Positions 37,566 through 51,900 are shown, numbered from the whole stretch's first letter. The stretch: DNA of 55,931 nt, filler included, from Jimgerdemannia flammicorona (GCA_003990765.1; 3 parts of 3 records of this genome joined end to end with filler, not necessarily neighbours in it), one strand, 5' to 3'. The notes: generated by a model not told the origin, from the letters alone. Numbers and translations are program-made.

Positions 37566-38138
37566 CGTGACAGGGTTAGGAGTAGGACCTAACAGGGAGC
37601 GGATTTACTTAAGAGTGGTTTGTGGGTTATGGAATAGGTTTATTTGCTATTCATGATATTGCTATACTAGGAGTAGTTGTGTGAAGAGATATTGTGGGGA
37701 AGTGCTCAGGAGTTGTATTCGGATTGTTCAAGTTTGTTCGAGTCTGAGATTCTGAGGTCTGGGGGAGGGGGTATTTATACTAGTAAAGGGCTATCTGGAC
37801 TAGGCTAGATATGGGTGTAGCACTAAGTGCTTTGCTGAGTTGGAATGCAGTCACGTAGTACAAGTGTGATCTGACATGTCAAGAGATCGTCTGACTGCTG
37901 AGTCAGTTCACAGTCATGTTGTATAAGGTTAATCTATCTATACTATGACTGCTAAGCTATTTATAGGTTTAGGCACTGTCTGGTTAGTCTTTGATGACAT
38001 CACTATTGATGACATCATCACTGGCAAAGTCTGAGCAGTTTTCTGACTTCTGACATCATCAGTTTTCAAGATGTCATCACTTCTATCTCTTGTAAGATTA
38101 AGACTGTCCTTGGTGGCGGTGGTTGTACAAGGATAACA
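37566..38138 (-). repeat. LTR-like repeat (probable 3' LTR of a minus-strand retrotransposon)
   Basis: On the minus strand: purine-rich tract, TGTTA start, GTATAAATA, AATAAA, ending ...CTGTCA(C). A second copy is at 13104-13600. Boundaries approximate. Confidence 0.55.
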
Positions 38139-38769
38139 GGTCTTGGTTCTCTTTTTTTTTTGGTCTGCTGGCACATTTGCGAGGACTGGCCATTCTTGTC
38201 TAGGGCGAGGGCTCCCAATGTCGCGGCTGGGGGTTCGAACCTCTCGGAAATGATATTTTCTGTAATCCGAGGCAATTTCTAGTAGTAATATCTGTCACAT
38301 GGATGGCTTGAGATTGGTTTCGACATTGTCAGCTTTCTTGAGTTCAGATGAAGTGTCCGTCACTCTCCAATGGAGGTGATACAGATAAAGCAAACAGAGT
38401 TGTTCAAATGCATTTTGCTTCTGCTAAGTAATGAGGTCTTGTATAGTTGCGGTATATCTTGGTCTTGAGTTGATAAGTGCAGTTCATGAACCTTTTGATG
38501 GGTGAGATAGGGTTCTTCTTGTCTTGATTTGAGTTTGGTACTTTCGGTTTCTTTTGTAATAGTACAGTACACCAAACTAGCTATAGCAGTTCAGAGTCAG
38601 TCTTATGGTTGTAGTACTTCTTTTAGTATTCTTGTATCTTGGCAGTAGGTTCTCGTGCTTGCTGGCATATTTGTGTAACCAGATGATCTCTTGTTTTGTA
38701 GTCTCGCATATAGTTTCCAAATTAGTTCTGAGGATACCATGTGATTTTGGTGGCTTGGAGGTTGTGCGC

Positions 38770-41765
38770 TTACAGTGAGTCTGATTTGGTGGAATACTGA
38801 GTATAGATCCAAGGTGCTGTAGTACTGTGCTTCATCTTCCAGAGTTATAAAGATGTCATTGATGAGGGGCAGTGATTGGCAATCCTTCTTGATAACCACA
38901 TCGAGCTTTCTGTAGTCAACACAGAGTCTTGGGGCAAATTCTCCAGGCTTGCTTCTCTTTTTTAGCACTAGTACAACTGGTGAAGACCAGGGGCTGGTGG
39001 CTTCTTTGATGATACCAGCTTCTTCCATCTGCTTGATTTCTTCTCTGAGCCATTCTCAATAGACTGGCAGGACAGGCCTTGCCTTCTGGTAAATTGGTTC
39101 AGTGTCTCCAGTATCTACCTCATGATAGTAGTGTGGGATCTTTCCTTTGATATTCTTGAAATCTGTGGTAAGGATATCCTCGAATTCACAGAGTATTTTC
39201 TTGAGTTCCTCCTTGAGTGGGAATTCATTTCTGATGGTATAGCTGTACTTGTTTGTGGTTTCCTCCTTTCTATACTCTAGTTCAGTGATCTTAGTGCTGG
39301 TAAATACTCCTCTTCCAGTGGATCCAAATCCTTTCCTTCCTCTTTTTGTTTTCTCCAGCTTTTTAACTTCTATGATTTTTGGTTGTAAAATCAGAAAGAT
39401 CAGCATCTGTGCCAATCAGTTCTTCTTCTTAATTGGGAATGGGATTGTAGGATTGTGATTCCTGACAATGAGTAGGATTTCTCCAGTATAGTCTGAGTTG
39501 ATGACTCCTCCTTTGATGGTAATTTCACTTTTAGCCAGGCTACTTCTTGTCTTGAGGATTCTGATATGGTCTTTTGGTATAGTTATTTCCAAACCAGTTG
39601 TGAGTAAGGTAGTTGTCTGGGGCTCCAGTACAGTTTCTTTTACTGTAGTAATGTCCATTCTAGCTGCATTTTCTGACTTATATTCTGATAGAACTGCATC
39701 CAGGTAGATCTTCCAAATTTTGACCTTGATTTCTTCTTCATCATCACTATCCTCCAAGAGGACTAGTGGTTCATTATCTTCCTTCTCCATTTTTTCCTCT
39801 TTAGCCTATTTCTTGAGGGCCTTCTGTCTTCTTTGGTAGTCAATCTCTTTGATTTTACCAGTATACTGATAGCATTCATTGATATACTCCATACAGTACA
39901 TCTTGATCCTGTGGGGGCAGACTCCTTATGGTGCATATCCTTCTGTGATCTTCTTGTACCATTCTTCTTCACTCATCCATCCAACTTTCTTCTTCTTTTT
40001 CTGAGTGATTACCATGTAAGCTTCCTCTTATTCACTCTCTTATTTCTCTATATTAGGCAGGACTTCTTTGTTGATATTGATGAAAATTCATATTTTCTGT
40101 CCTTAGTAGATGATCTGTATCTTCTATACATTGAGGTTGATTATTGCTCTGGCTTTGTGAAGTCATTGATTGCTGATGAGGATGTCATAGTTGGTTGTAT
40201 TGGTTACAATTATATTCACTGAGATGGTTGCTTCTTCAACTTCCCAACCTAGGTGGTCTGCTGTCTTTTGCTGAGGAGGCATCCTTCTACTCCAGTATCA
40301 ATAATGGCCTTAAAGACTCTATCTTTGATTTGACAGGTTGCATAGGCAGAGGTCTTGTGATTATCTTCACTTTCTTCTCCTGAGTCCTCTTGAACATTAT
40401 TGGCCTCAGTTATCTTCCATTCTTATTCCTTAGTTGTTTTGATAAGTCCAAACCTCATTTGCTGTCTGAATGTTGGGATTTCTATAAGCTGACCAAAGGT
40501 TGCATTGACCTTTTGTTGGCTGAGGTCTTTAAAAATATCATACTTGAAGATCTTGGTCTTGCAAAGCTTCTTTTCTTTTTCTCCCTCACTAGCTAGAGTG
40601 GTTTCTCAGATGATATCTTGAACTGCTTGTTCCAGTTCCATATCTTGGTCTATTTCTTTAACTTGGCTCTCTGTAGCAGTTTCTATTTGTTTTTCCACTG
40701 AGTTCTTCTTAGGTCTTCCTGGCAGTCTCTTGTAGGGTTCTTTGTAGACATCTTTCTTAGTGGTCTGGGCAGGATATGCCTTCCATTCCTCTTCATCAGA
40801 CTCTCCAATTTCTTTGAAGGTAATTGTATTGGCCTGCTCCTTATTTTGTTTGGCATTACTTAATTGAGCTTTGTGCTTAGTTTCACTCATGCACTTGTAG
40901 GAGTAGTGGCCTTCTTCTCCACAGGTATAGCAGGTACCTTTCTTCTTATCTGGAGTAGCAGCAAACTTCTGAACTGAGCAGCAGTCTCTTCCTCTGATTT
41001 CCTTCACTACATCTTCTAAGTGGGAAGTCATTTCAGTGAACTGTTTGACAAGCTCCTCCATAGGGTCACAGTTTCTCTACTGTTTTGTAGCTCTTGGCTG
41101 AGGTGTGTTTTGATTGATCATTATGGTAGAGATCATGCTGGTTGCCTTGGGTGCTTTGATTCTAACTCCAGTGACTCTTTCTATTATATGGTCTTATGGG
41201 TGTCTGGCTATCCAATATTGCTGAGTATAGGTGATCTTCTGTAGCAGATCCAGAACTACTGGTGATGAGTAAATGGCTATAGCTATCTCTGGGTGGACTC
41301 CTTTCATGAAGGTTGCTTTGACTACTTAATCTTAGATACATAGCATCAGCATAATCTATAAGAATTATCTGATATTAGATTCTGGTATAGAATGTGTTTG
41401 GATTCTTACTCATTCCTTGGCATATTATGTTATGCTGGTCCTTCAGAGCTTACTTGATCTCATCTGTATAATAGGTGTTTCAGAGCCAGGTCTTCTGTAC
41501 TGTCAGTATGGCATCAGAATTATTTTCTGCATAGGTTGTGGCTGTGAATGCTGCTCTGGCAGGACCTCATAGGCTGAAGAGCATGAGGGCTATTTGCTGT
41601 ACTGCTGTCAGGGTCCTTACAGTAGCATATTGCTCGAAATTATCAATGAAGGTGATGATTGATTCATCTGAGGTATATCTGTAGAATACTGGTGGTCTTA
41701 TATCTATTTTATCTAGATATCTTGACTCAGTTTGTATGGTTGTTCAAGTGGTGGCAGTTGTTCAT
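38770..41765 (-). mobile_element. Second dUTPase-bearing Ty3/Gypsy relic: gag (zinc knuckle), protease, dUTPase, RT 5' part; rest of pol deleted
   Basis: Gag IRPPVFY..FIDNFEQYA and CYTCGEEGHYSYKC. IIDTG protease with an internal deletion. dUTPase LEPQTTTLL..RSSLAKSEITIKGGVINSDYTGEI..RGRKGFGSTG. RT SPWSSPVVLV..PGEFAPRLCVDYRKL. Truncated after TLDLYSVFHQI. Confidence 0.92.
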
Positions 41766-41799
41766 TGTTTAGCTTAAAAGTGAGGGATTTGTCTTAAAT

Positions 41800-44700
41800 T
41801 ACCAGCTAATGGGCACTAAGTTATAATATAGTGGATACTTAACCTTTGAAGTATGTTGGATTTCTGTATTTTGAAACTTGACTTGTTCTGACTCTCACAG
41901 AGTCCTCAGGATTACAGGGGTGGGTGAGTTCAAAGTATATCTGCCTACAGGCTTACTAGTTCCTTTACTTTCTCTTTTGCTTTGAACTATTTCGATCTGA
42001 GGTTTATTCACTCTAAGATGCTGAGTTATTTGCTAGCTTATGAGATGGCTAAGTTATGAGTCATTTTGCAAGTATTGAATCTTTTAATATCTACTAGGAT
42101 TGCACTGATTGTAGACATTCTAATATCTTCTAAATCTTTGCAAATTTTAAAGTTTCTACACTTCACAGAATATAACTGCTATTTATAAGACTAAGCTATT
42201 TTGGAAATTAGATTCAGATACCATGATCAAATGTCTAATTTCCCTGTTTCATATTACTAATTTGGATCAACTATCACAATATATATTACTACTTTATTAT
42301 ATAGCTACTATTAGAAATAATAGATATTATCAGTATAGATATTTTTATAAAAAACAATATTGACAATATTGTTAAAGATATATCTGAAGTATTTGTAGTA
42401 TATATCTATTTATATGTACTATAGTAGCTAATATAACTAAGAGAGCTATAATATAACTTACTAATACTAGATATATGATGTGAGTTATAGTAACTAATAG
42501 TGATATAAAAATATTGAACCTGATTTGAGATATATAAGGTCTTCTATCTGAAAAATCTCTAATATAAAACTAATGAGATCCAGAATACCTAATTAAATAT
42601 CTTAAGAAAAAAGTAGTTTTTAATTATTACTATCAACTCTATAGTACTATCTTGGTTATTGATATTAACTTTGTGAAATTATATATATTCTTAAGAAAAG
42701 TATTTTATAAATAGTTCTAGTAAGTTATTAGCTTTAACTTTAGTAATTAAGACTTTCATATTTATAATTAATATAGTGACTATACTAATAGATATCAACA
42801 ATAATCTTAAGATATTTTTCTGTTATAAATATAAGCTCTGTTCTTCAAGATCAATATTAGTTTTAGTAACTTGAAATCTGAAGATATTCTAAAAGTTATA
42901 GAATAGATCAAAAATGATAAGCTACTATTGATAATCTATGTAATCTTATAATCAAAAGATAGGAACATCAAAACTGTGAATTTTGATATTGAGATATTTT
43001 ACTATCTGTGAACTATTATATATAAGAATAAAATCTAAAACTACTATAGCTAATAGCTTTGAAGAATCAAAAGTAGTCAATATTACTAATTTATCTATCT
43101 CTGGTAAACTCAGTAATATGTATACTAAGTAAAATTAATATTGAGGAGATAGACTCAGAGAGCTTTGAAAATAACAAAGACAATTTACTAGTATCTGATA
43201 TAATTAACTTATCTAGTCTAGATATTAATAGAGATATTAAGATTGAGGGTATATCCTTTCTCTACTATCTTACTAATTATAAGGTTTAGTAGAAAATCTT
43301 CTGAGTCTACTTTCTATAACTTATATCCTCTCTATCTTAGGTTAGTTTGCTATATCTATTGCAGGGAAGGCAATAGTGATGAGTTACCTCTTTATTAGTA
43401 TCAGATTAGTATTTTCTCTACTTTTTTATAATTTCTGATATCTTCAGCTATATCTGGAATATACTTGTTTTGGTATAGTACTTTCTTCCTTTTTCTATCA
43501 CCAATAAGATGTCATCTGATATATCATGAGCTGTATATAGAGTTGGCCAACCTTAGGTATCAAGTACTAGTGTAGATTATCTATAGATCTCTAATATCTA
43601 TGGTGGGGTCTGAGCTTTGGCAAGCTTCCTGACAATTACAGTTCTAGTCTAAATAACTGCTTTTGAATAGAGTCAGATTGGGAGAGAAGATGGCTATTAT
43701 AGATTGGAGAAAGGACAATAATAGTGAACTAGTAGAGTACTAGACTAGGAGTGGTTACATATTGGAATTAGTGTGGGCATTATCTCAGTGAGGCCTTTTG
43801 ATTGACTGACAGGAGGTAGGGTGGTATAGAAGACAGTATCCTGACTGTATCCAACTAGAACTGAGAGCTGATATAGTAATACAATCAAGACCCACAAGCT
43901 TGGGAAGTGAGATCTCCCTTATTTGGTAGTACCCAACTAGAACTAAGAGCTAATATAATAATGTAATTGAGGTCTACAGGCTTGGGAAGTAGGAGTGGGA
44001 CTTTTCTAAACCTTGGTCTATGTATTAGTTCTTTTGAGGGAGTTCTGCATATAAGTTCTTTACTTATCTACTCTGAATCTATTCTATTTTCTTTAACTGG
44101 TGGGGAGTTTTTATTTGCCTTAGATCTTTATTTGAGATTTGGAGGACTATTCCATATTCAGTCCTAGCATTACTAGATCCAATATATAGGTATGCTCTCA
44201 TATATGGTCATAATGATCTAGCCCTAGTAAATAAATAAGTCTAGTCTATATATTGGGAGTTGATATATCTGATATACATATATAGTAGAAATAGTGAGAC
44301 TATAGGACAATTTAGTAGTCTAGATTAATGGAAGAGTAATGTCTGGTGGGTGGTAGGGGAGGGTTTTGGCCTATATAGTCTAGGTTCTCTTTTAATAAAA
44401 TCTATGAGATATTGAGTCTGTTAAAAAAAAAAAAAAAAAAAAAAAAGGTCTCTGGTCTATCTGATCCAGCATACTTGTTAAATTGCTTATTGATCACTAT
44501 ATTACTATTACTCTTTCTTTAAAAACTGTGTTAAAAGTATTGTCAGAAGTTTGTATAATATAAATGATATCAGAGAAAGATATTGTAGTATATGATTTAT
44601 ATATATATATTTTGATTACTACTATATATAACTTAATATACCACTGGATATCTGTATGCTATTATCTCTTTATCTACTAATAATATTCTGGCTCAATGTT

Positions 44701-45390
44701 CACTTTAACTACTGTTTGATTTGTTATATTAAAGTTTATATATTTCAAGTTATTGATCATATAACTGAATATTTAGAATGGCAAAAAAGAATTCATTATA
44801 TTATACATTATTCTTGAGTTTTTAGATAAGTTGACAGTTATTCTCTATATTTCTTAGCTGAGTTTCCTGGGTCTTATATCTAATTTCTGAAGTTTGTAGT
44901 AGGTTTCCAGAGATCTTATACATATCTAATTTTCATAGTGATGATCTTAACTAACTTATATCAATTGACTCATTCATATATTGTTCTTGAGTTTCTTATA
45001 AGTTGGTGATTATTCTGATATTCTAGGCTAAGTTTCATAGTGATTTTAACTAACTGACTTATAATTTGAGTTTTGTGATGATTTTCTATAGTCTTGTATC
45101 TAATTTCATAGTAATAGCAAGAGTATTACTTCAGCTCTTGGAGTCTTTTCTATTATCTTTCAAAACTAATTGACTGAGGTTTGTTCACAACAGATCAGGA
45201 GATATTTATACAACTTTCAAGCTATATATAAGGCTAGGTAATTAGTTGTAACTCATAATTACCTGAAGATACTATTTAGCATACTTTTGGAATTTAAATA
45301 ACTAACTAACTAGATAAGACTAATTTTATGTTTATAATAAATTTAGCTAGTTAATATATAGTTACTATTTGTACAACTAACTAACTTACT
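41800..45390. other. AT-rich, CpG-free degraded repeat relics
   Basis: No credible ORFs. Contains short degenerate duplications (43851-43908 vs 43934-43990; ~44812 vs ~44985). Confidence 0.6.
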
Positions 45391-45409
45391 CTATTTAACT
45401 AATAGAGCT

Positions 45410-46990
45410 GTTCTCATATATCTTAAAATTCAATATGACTGAGATTATATTATCCTCATTTTCTTTGGAGAGTCTGGCCAAATCATTTTCTGCATCTCTC
45501 ACAATTGTACTGAGATCAGTAGTGGGCTCTGAGAGTGAGAAAAGGAAGTTATTGATGTTATCTTTCAATAAAATAAGTGGGTTATCATTATTCTCCAAGT
45601 TGTCTAAGGGGGTGATACATATATCAAAGGATGAAAGGTCATTCTGCTCTTGAGGTCTTCAATTAATGATGAGATTATCTACAAAGTAGAGAACATCTGT
45701 AGAATTCTGGAGATAGTAGACTCTCAGAAGAGAGCCTTGAAATAGTACAATTAGACTATGAATACATTGGTCTGAATTGTTCTTTAGGATAGGGTTCCAA
45801 AGGTCTTAAACCTCATCATTCTTGACTGTGATAGTAGATTGAACTTCTTTTGCAACCATTTCCTCAAGATGGTCTGCATGATGGCTTATCACTTCTTAAA
45901 TATCAGACTTTGATATATTCTAGATTGGAAATGGCTCAGAGTGTATGTCTGAAGATCTGATAGACTCTTTTGATCAATTGTTATTTATGCTCATTTATAT
46001 ATATAGTATCTGCAATTTCTTGAGAGCTGGCTTGAGTGAATTCTTAGTGAAGATGATATTCCATCTTATATTATTGCCACATCCAAAGATACTCAGCAGC
46101 AGTAGTAATTCTTGTCTCCATTTCTTGACAGTTGAGAGTATAGTAGTAGAGGTCTCTTATATAGAGGTTCAGACTAGAGGTCCTTCTTATATGCAATTTC
46201 ATGACTCTCTTATAGTACTCTGAATGAGTCAATTTAATCTGAATTGGATTCAGATTGAATTCAGATTGAATCCCATTTGGATTGATTTGAATCAACCATT
46301 GTTTTGATTTCCAAATTAGACAATTAAATATTAATATCAATAACTTAATAAATAATTATCCAATTTTGATAATCTTGGTATTATATGAAAGCCCTTAATA
46401 AGGCCTTTCAAATGATACTAATAATATTGAAATTGGATTATACATTGCCAAACTATTAACAAAAATGGTCTTTTGAAGAAATTTTCAAAATTGGCAGGTC
46501 AAATAATTTCCAAAATTAGTGAGTCAGATGTTTTTCTTTATAACTCAGCAATATATGATCTGATTTCAATATACTTAGTATCATTAGAAAGGCCTTATTA
46601 ATGGCTTTCAATTGACATTAAGATCATCAAAATTAGATAATTATTTATCAAATTATTGATGTAAATATTTAATTATCTAATTTGGAAATCAAAATAATAG
46701 TTAATTCAAATTAATCTAGATGAAATTCAAATTCCATCTGAGTTGATCCAGATAGGATTCTAATCTGATCCAGATCAGCTTGTTCAGAGCACTACTCTCT
46801 TGATATTAATGAATATCTGTTCTTAAACTAATAGACCTAGGTGACTCCTTGATCTTATTGTTTGGAGGATAATAGGTATTTTATTTTATAGTAAGTCTCT
46901 TATTTGTGGTTGATGTTTTGTACTTCTTCTCTTGATACTTCTTTTAAATCTTAAGAGTCTTCTCCTTTAGTCCAGAGAGTAGTATCACCT
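45410..46990 (-). pseudogene. Diverged homolog of the Gypsy accessory ORF (4417-10949), interrupted by a MITE
   Basis: MKLHIRRTSSLNL..METRITTAAEYLWMW, YQIFRH..ISNLEY, VQSTITV..DLWNPILKNNSDQ..LFQG align with MRTHSRRTPSINL..METRITIATKYLQMW, HQIFRH..IPNLEY, AQSTITL..DFWHPILQDNPDQ..VFQG. Confidence 0.8.
46213..46794. mobile_element. 582-bp foldback MITE, hAT-type (8-bp TSD)
   Basis: Long imperfect TIRs (~240 bp arms), termini TAGT(A/G)CTCTGAA...TTCAGAGCACTA, flanked by ctctctta (46205-46212) and ctctcttg (46795-46802). Confidence 0.88.
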
Positions 46991-48165
46991 GACTAGTAGT
47001 AGTATACTGTTAAAGTTATTATGAGTTATTATGAGTTCAGATATAGGTCATCTTATGATCATAATGAGTCATAATTGAGTCATGATTTGTAACTAGTAAC
47101 TTATGATATCAAGGCAGTCTTCTGAATTCTGATATCATTAGTTTCAAAGATATCATCACAATATATATTACTAGTTAGATATAATAATAAAGCATTACCT
47201 ATCTATTTAGCTAGAATTTAATATTCTCCTATTGTAAGTAAGATCAGCAACTCTGATGAGACTCATTTACAATATAATATAGTATCAGAAATAAATAAGA
47301 AATTAGATAACTTACTATTTAAAGGGTTGGAACATTACACAGATGAAGATACTGATAGGGTTGACTATAGTATAAGTAAGAGTACTGCTAAAGAGACAAA
47401 AACAGCTAAAAGGAAACTGCTGATAATAAACCAGATGGTAGGGCTGAAGAGAGAGTGATGTTGATATCTATAGATATTGCAGCTATAACTGAAGATCTAT
47501 GAAGATGTGTAATAAGTACTAGAAGTAGTCATTAAATCAGTGTATTGATACTTTATGACTATCAGAAAGTAGTGCTTGGACTAGTACTATAGGTTTGGCA
47601 ATTGGAGAATTAGGGCAAAGTCAATTGATATTAAGATATATAACCAGAATGACCTTTTGAGTATCCCTAAGGAGGTTATATTTACAGCAAAGTATGATAA
47701 GCTAGTCTTTATATAATATACATAGGTCAGATAAGTTGGGAATTAATGAAGATACATATGGAGCACCAGGTGTAGAGACTGAAAGACCAGGAGGTAGGCC
47801 TTGAGACTAATAGATAGATGGTATGATATATCTGGAAAAAGTGTATGAAATTGATTGATATGAATTACTAATGATAATTACTAGGGTATTTTGAATACTA
47901 CAGAATACTAAGAGGGAAATATACTATATATATGGCTACTATATAGCTGAAATTTGGACTAACTAAGATAGGATACAGAGAGTGATTAAAACTAACTAAG
48001 CTAAGATAGTAGATTGCAAGATTGTATTGTATGAATGTTTGAGAAATAAATATTAAGTATATAAATATTAGGTATAATGGCCACTTTGCTGCAGTTTGAA
48101 CTGTATTTACAACTATATTATTATTTATAGATACTTATACTTGTCAATAATATTTAAAAAATAGA

Positions 48166-48978
48166 GTGGAGAAAGAAGGCTCAGTAGGAGTCAGGAGAGT
48201 GAACTCAGAACTATGGTCAAAGTGAATAAAAAGTAGCATATATAAGAGAGATGACAAAGAATATAACCAAATATGCATCAGCTGTTTATTGATATGCAAA
48301 AGTATAGTTCTTATATATAAAATATGAGATCCTAAAAGGAAAAATGTGCCAAAATATAGGAGTAATCAAATTAGAAACTACATAACTACTAGAGATAAGC
48401 AGAGATAAGAAAGAGCCAATCCCAGTTGCAGAATAAAAATCACAAATAAACACAAACAAAAAAAATCTAAATTAAGATTAAAAAACATCTGCAGACCCTA
48501 GAGGGGTCTTGCACTCACTCTGGGATCTTGGCCTTTACTCTGCTCCTCTCTATTATCTTCAGGCCCTTGCTTTGCTCAGGCTTGCTATAGCTTACTCTAT
48601 TTTGGCCTTATCCCTTGCTCATGCTCACCCCTCTGGGGCCTGCAGATGTTTTTTAATCTCAATTTCGATTTGTTTTATTTGTATTTGTTTGTGATTTTTA
48701 TTCTGTAACTGGGATTGACTCTTTCTTTATCTCTACTTATCTCTGGTGGTCATATGGTTCCTAATTTGGTTATTCCTATATTGTGACATATCTTCTCTTT
48801 TGGGATCTCATATTTTGTATATAGAGACTGTACTTTTGCATAGTAATAAATAGCTGATGCAATTTGGTTATGTTCTTTGTTTATTTCCCTTATATATACC
48901 TTTCTGCATATCTTCTGTTTACTTTGACCATGGTTCTGAGTTCACTTCTCTGGCTCCTGCTGGGCCATCTTTCTTCAC
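48166..48978. repeat. Long inverted repeat (~340-bp arms 48166-48506 / 48627-48978) at the PLE 5' end
   Basis: For example gattaaaaaacatctgcag vs ctgcagatgttttttaatc, and taaccaaatatgcatcagctg vs agctgatgcaatttggtta. Confidence 0.9.
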
Positions 48979-51900
48979 TGCTATTCCACCTGCCCTTGGA
49001 GCCTCTGTCTCTATTGACAAGATTATGGACAAGATTTCACCTCCTCCTCCTCTCTCTGCTTTTGTCTCCACTACTGTCTTATTTGAGACTTATATCTCAT
49101 CTGCTGTTCTCTCCCTCTCTCTGGACCTTCATCCCTCTGGTTGTCTGCTTCTCTCTCAGTTTCAGTTGGTTCTTACTCCCTCCACTAAGAAGGCTTATCT
49201 CTGCTGGGACATCAATGTCATCACTCCATCTGCCATTCACTACTCTGTCCTCTCTGAGGCTCACCATCAAGTTCTCTCTGAGAAAATATATGCCACCTTT
49301 GTTGCCACCAAGGCTGTTACTACTGATACTACTGCTATAGCTACCACTGCTGCCTCTGCTTTCTTTCACTGTATCTGTACCTTCTTTGTAGCCCTTGCCT
49401 TCTCTCATCTTCTGGATGCCACCTTCTTCCATGGCTTTGATGTCTATGATATTCCCTCTACTACTGCTGATATCGATACTGTCCATCACTTCCTCCTTAC
49501 TGGAATCTCTTTTGTCACTTATCTTTACAAGCAGAAAATATCACATGCTACTGCTACTGCTTGTACTGCTGCTAGTGCTCCCACCTCTGTCTCTCCTGAG
49601 ATTTTGATCTCTAAGGCCATTCATTAAGGCCTGTGCTACTGCTTATGCTGAGGTTCATTCCTTTACTACTGCCACCACCAAGGCCCCTGCCAAGCCCAAA
49701 TAAGACTTCATCAGTCTCTTCTCAGTCACTCTCCCCCACCAAGGTCTCCTCCTCTGTTTCCCCTGCCCCCAAGCATGGCTGTACTCTTGGCTCTCACTCT
49801 GTTGGGGCTTGGCCTTATGCCATCTGCTCTGGTCACCTCCACTGTATCTACTGGCACCTGGCTAAGTCTATCTGTCCTCATGGTAGTGTTTCTCATCCTG
49901 TGACTTTCTCTGCTGCTTGCTCCCCCTCTGTCTCCTTTGCTAGTTATATTTCTCTGCTGCATACACTACCAAACCCCTCAGCACTTGGGTGGCAACCATC
50001 ATCTTATCTCTATACTCCAGATGCAGACTCTATTCTAGTCCCTCTCTTCTCCAATTCCTGCCACCTGCCAGCTACTAGGCCATATATCCTGTTTCATCTC
50101 TCTCTGGTACTCTACTCCATCATCAATATCAAAGTCTATAAGAGGGGCACTCCCCAGCAATACTCAATCCCATCTCTATATTGCCAGGTCCCATGGTACT
50201 TCTCCTTCATCTCTCTGTTAGTAAATTTCAATGCAGTGCTCCTTTGCCAGTTTCTCCTCCACTTCCTCCACCTATGCCTCTAAATACAAGAGCTGTATGA
50301 AAGCCTATAACTGTAAGATCTGATACTCTAACAGAGTGTACTTCTGTTTATTGGACTTGCTGTCTTTAAAAAAAATCAGTGGGAAGGAGAAGATCTCTTA
50401 CTCTTAAACTTCCCTCTGGTATGGTTCTCTCCTAGTGTTTCTGTCTCTTCTCAGATCTCATCATCACTTCTGATATGCTCTGAGTGGTTTCTCATACTGT
50501 CCTCCCTTTATCTTTCTCATTCTGGAGTACTTTTGTCTTCTTCTTTTTCTTCAGCTGACTGCTCCCTTTCTCCCCTCAAGTCTTTGCTCTATTCTTAGAT
50601 CCTCACTTTGTTTTTCCTATAACTCCCTCCCAATTCTCCTTTACTGATCTGGCTTGTTTTATACATTTTTGTCATACTCTTGACCTTGCTATCTTCTTTG
50701 AAGATTATGGTGAGATGACCTCTTGCTACTATGTCTCCAGTGATTGAGTCTCCCCTCCCAATGTCTCTTTACACTGCATATTCCTTGATATGGCTTGCTT
50801 GCTATCTATTTCTAGACATGCTCACTCTTACTTGGTTTTGGGCCATACCATATATACTATACTTAAATCAATCAAGCAATTACCTTTACATTTGCTCACA
50901 GTTGCTGATAAGAATTAGGGTTTTGCACTTATTCCTAAGTCACTCTACCTTAATGGCCTTTCTGCCCTCCTTTAAGCTATAGCTTACAAGTCTAGTGCCC
51001 TTGGATTAGATGAGGTTCTTACTCTTCTTTGGGTTTCTTTAGCTCAATCCAGATCACTTTCAGACTCTCTATTCATAAACTCTATTTTTAACTTCTTCCA
51101 GGACTCTTTGTCCTTTCTGAACATTTGTCTTCTGGTTTTCTATACTCTTCCTAAAGTTTACAAGCCTACTTTGACTTAGCATCTCATTATGACTACTTTT
51201 GGTTCACTTATTACTGAGATTTCAAAGTGGTTATTTTACTTCTTTCTCTGTTGGATGGCACTTCTTCAGCACTATCTTGGATCTGAGTATACTATTCTTT
51301 ATGATACTCAGGAGCTTGCTCTTCTTTGTTCTACCATTGTACCTATTCATTGTTTTTCCCACTTGGCCTCTAGTGACTTCTCTTCTTTCTATACTACTAT
51401 TTATTTTGATAAGATCAATGATTGTCTTTGCTTCTTAAGTTCCATTGTTTTTTCTTTAGATTTCCTGGTTTCACTAGCTTCTATCATTGAGCTTATGCTC
51501 CTCATCTGCAGCTCTAATTATTTTGGGTTAGCCCTTGGCTCTTTTCACCAGACTTCTGATATCACTATGAGAATGAATTATATCCCCACTCTCACCAATC
51601 TCATTGGCCTGGCCCATGAACTTTATATAATATGTGATCTTTCTTCATCTCTTTCTATTATATTCTCAGCTGGAGATACCTTCTTTTACCAATATATCAA
51701 TAAATTTATCATCCTTACTATTGCTGATATTAATATTTCTAATGTGTTTTGTAGTATCTACCCTCACTATCATTCTATTACTTGAGTGTATACTATGATC
51801 AATATTCTCTTCTTGAATCTTTCCATTTCTCTTTCCCCCTTCTGAACTGTTATTTATTCTTATTTCTCTCATTTCCAACAGTTCTCTAACTTCTATTCCA

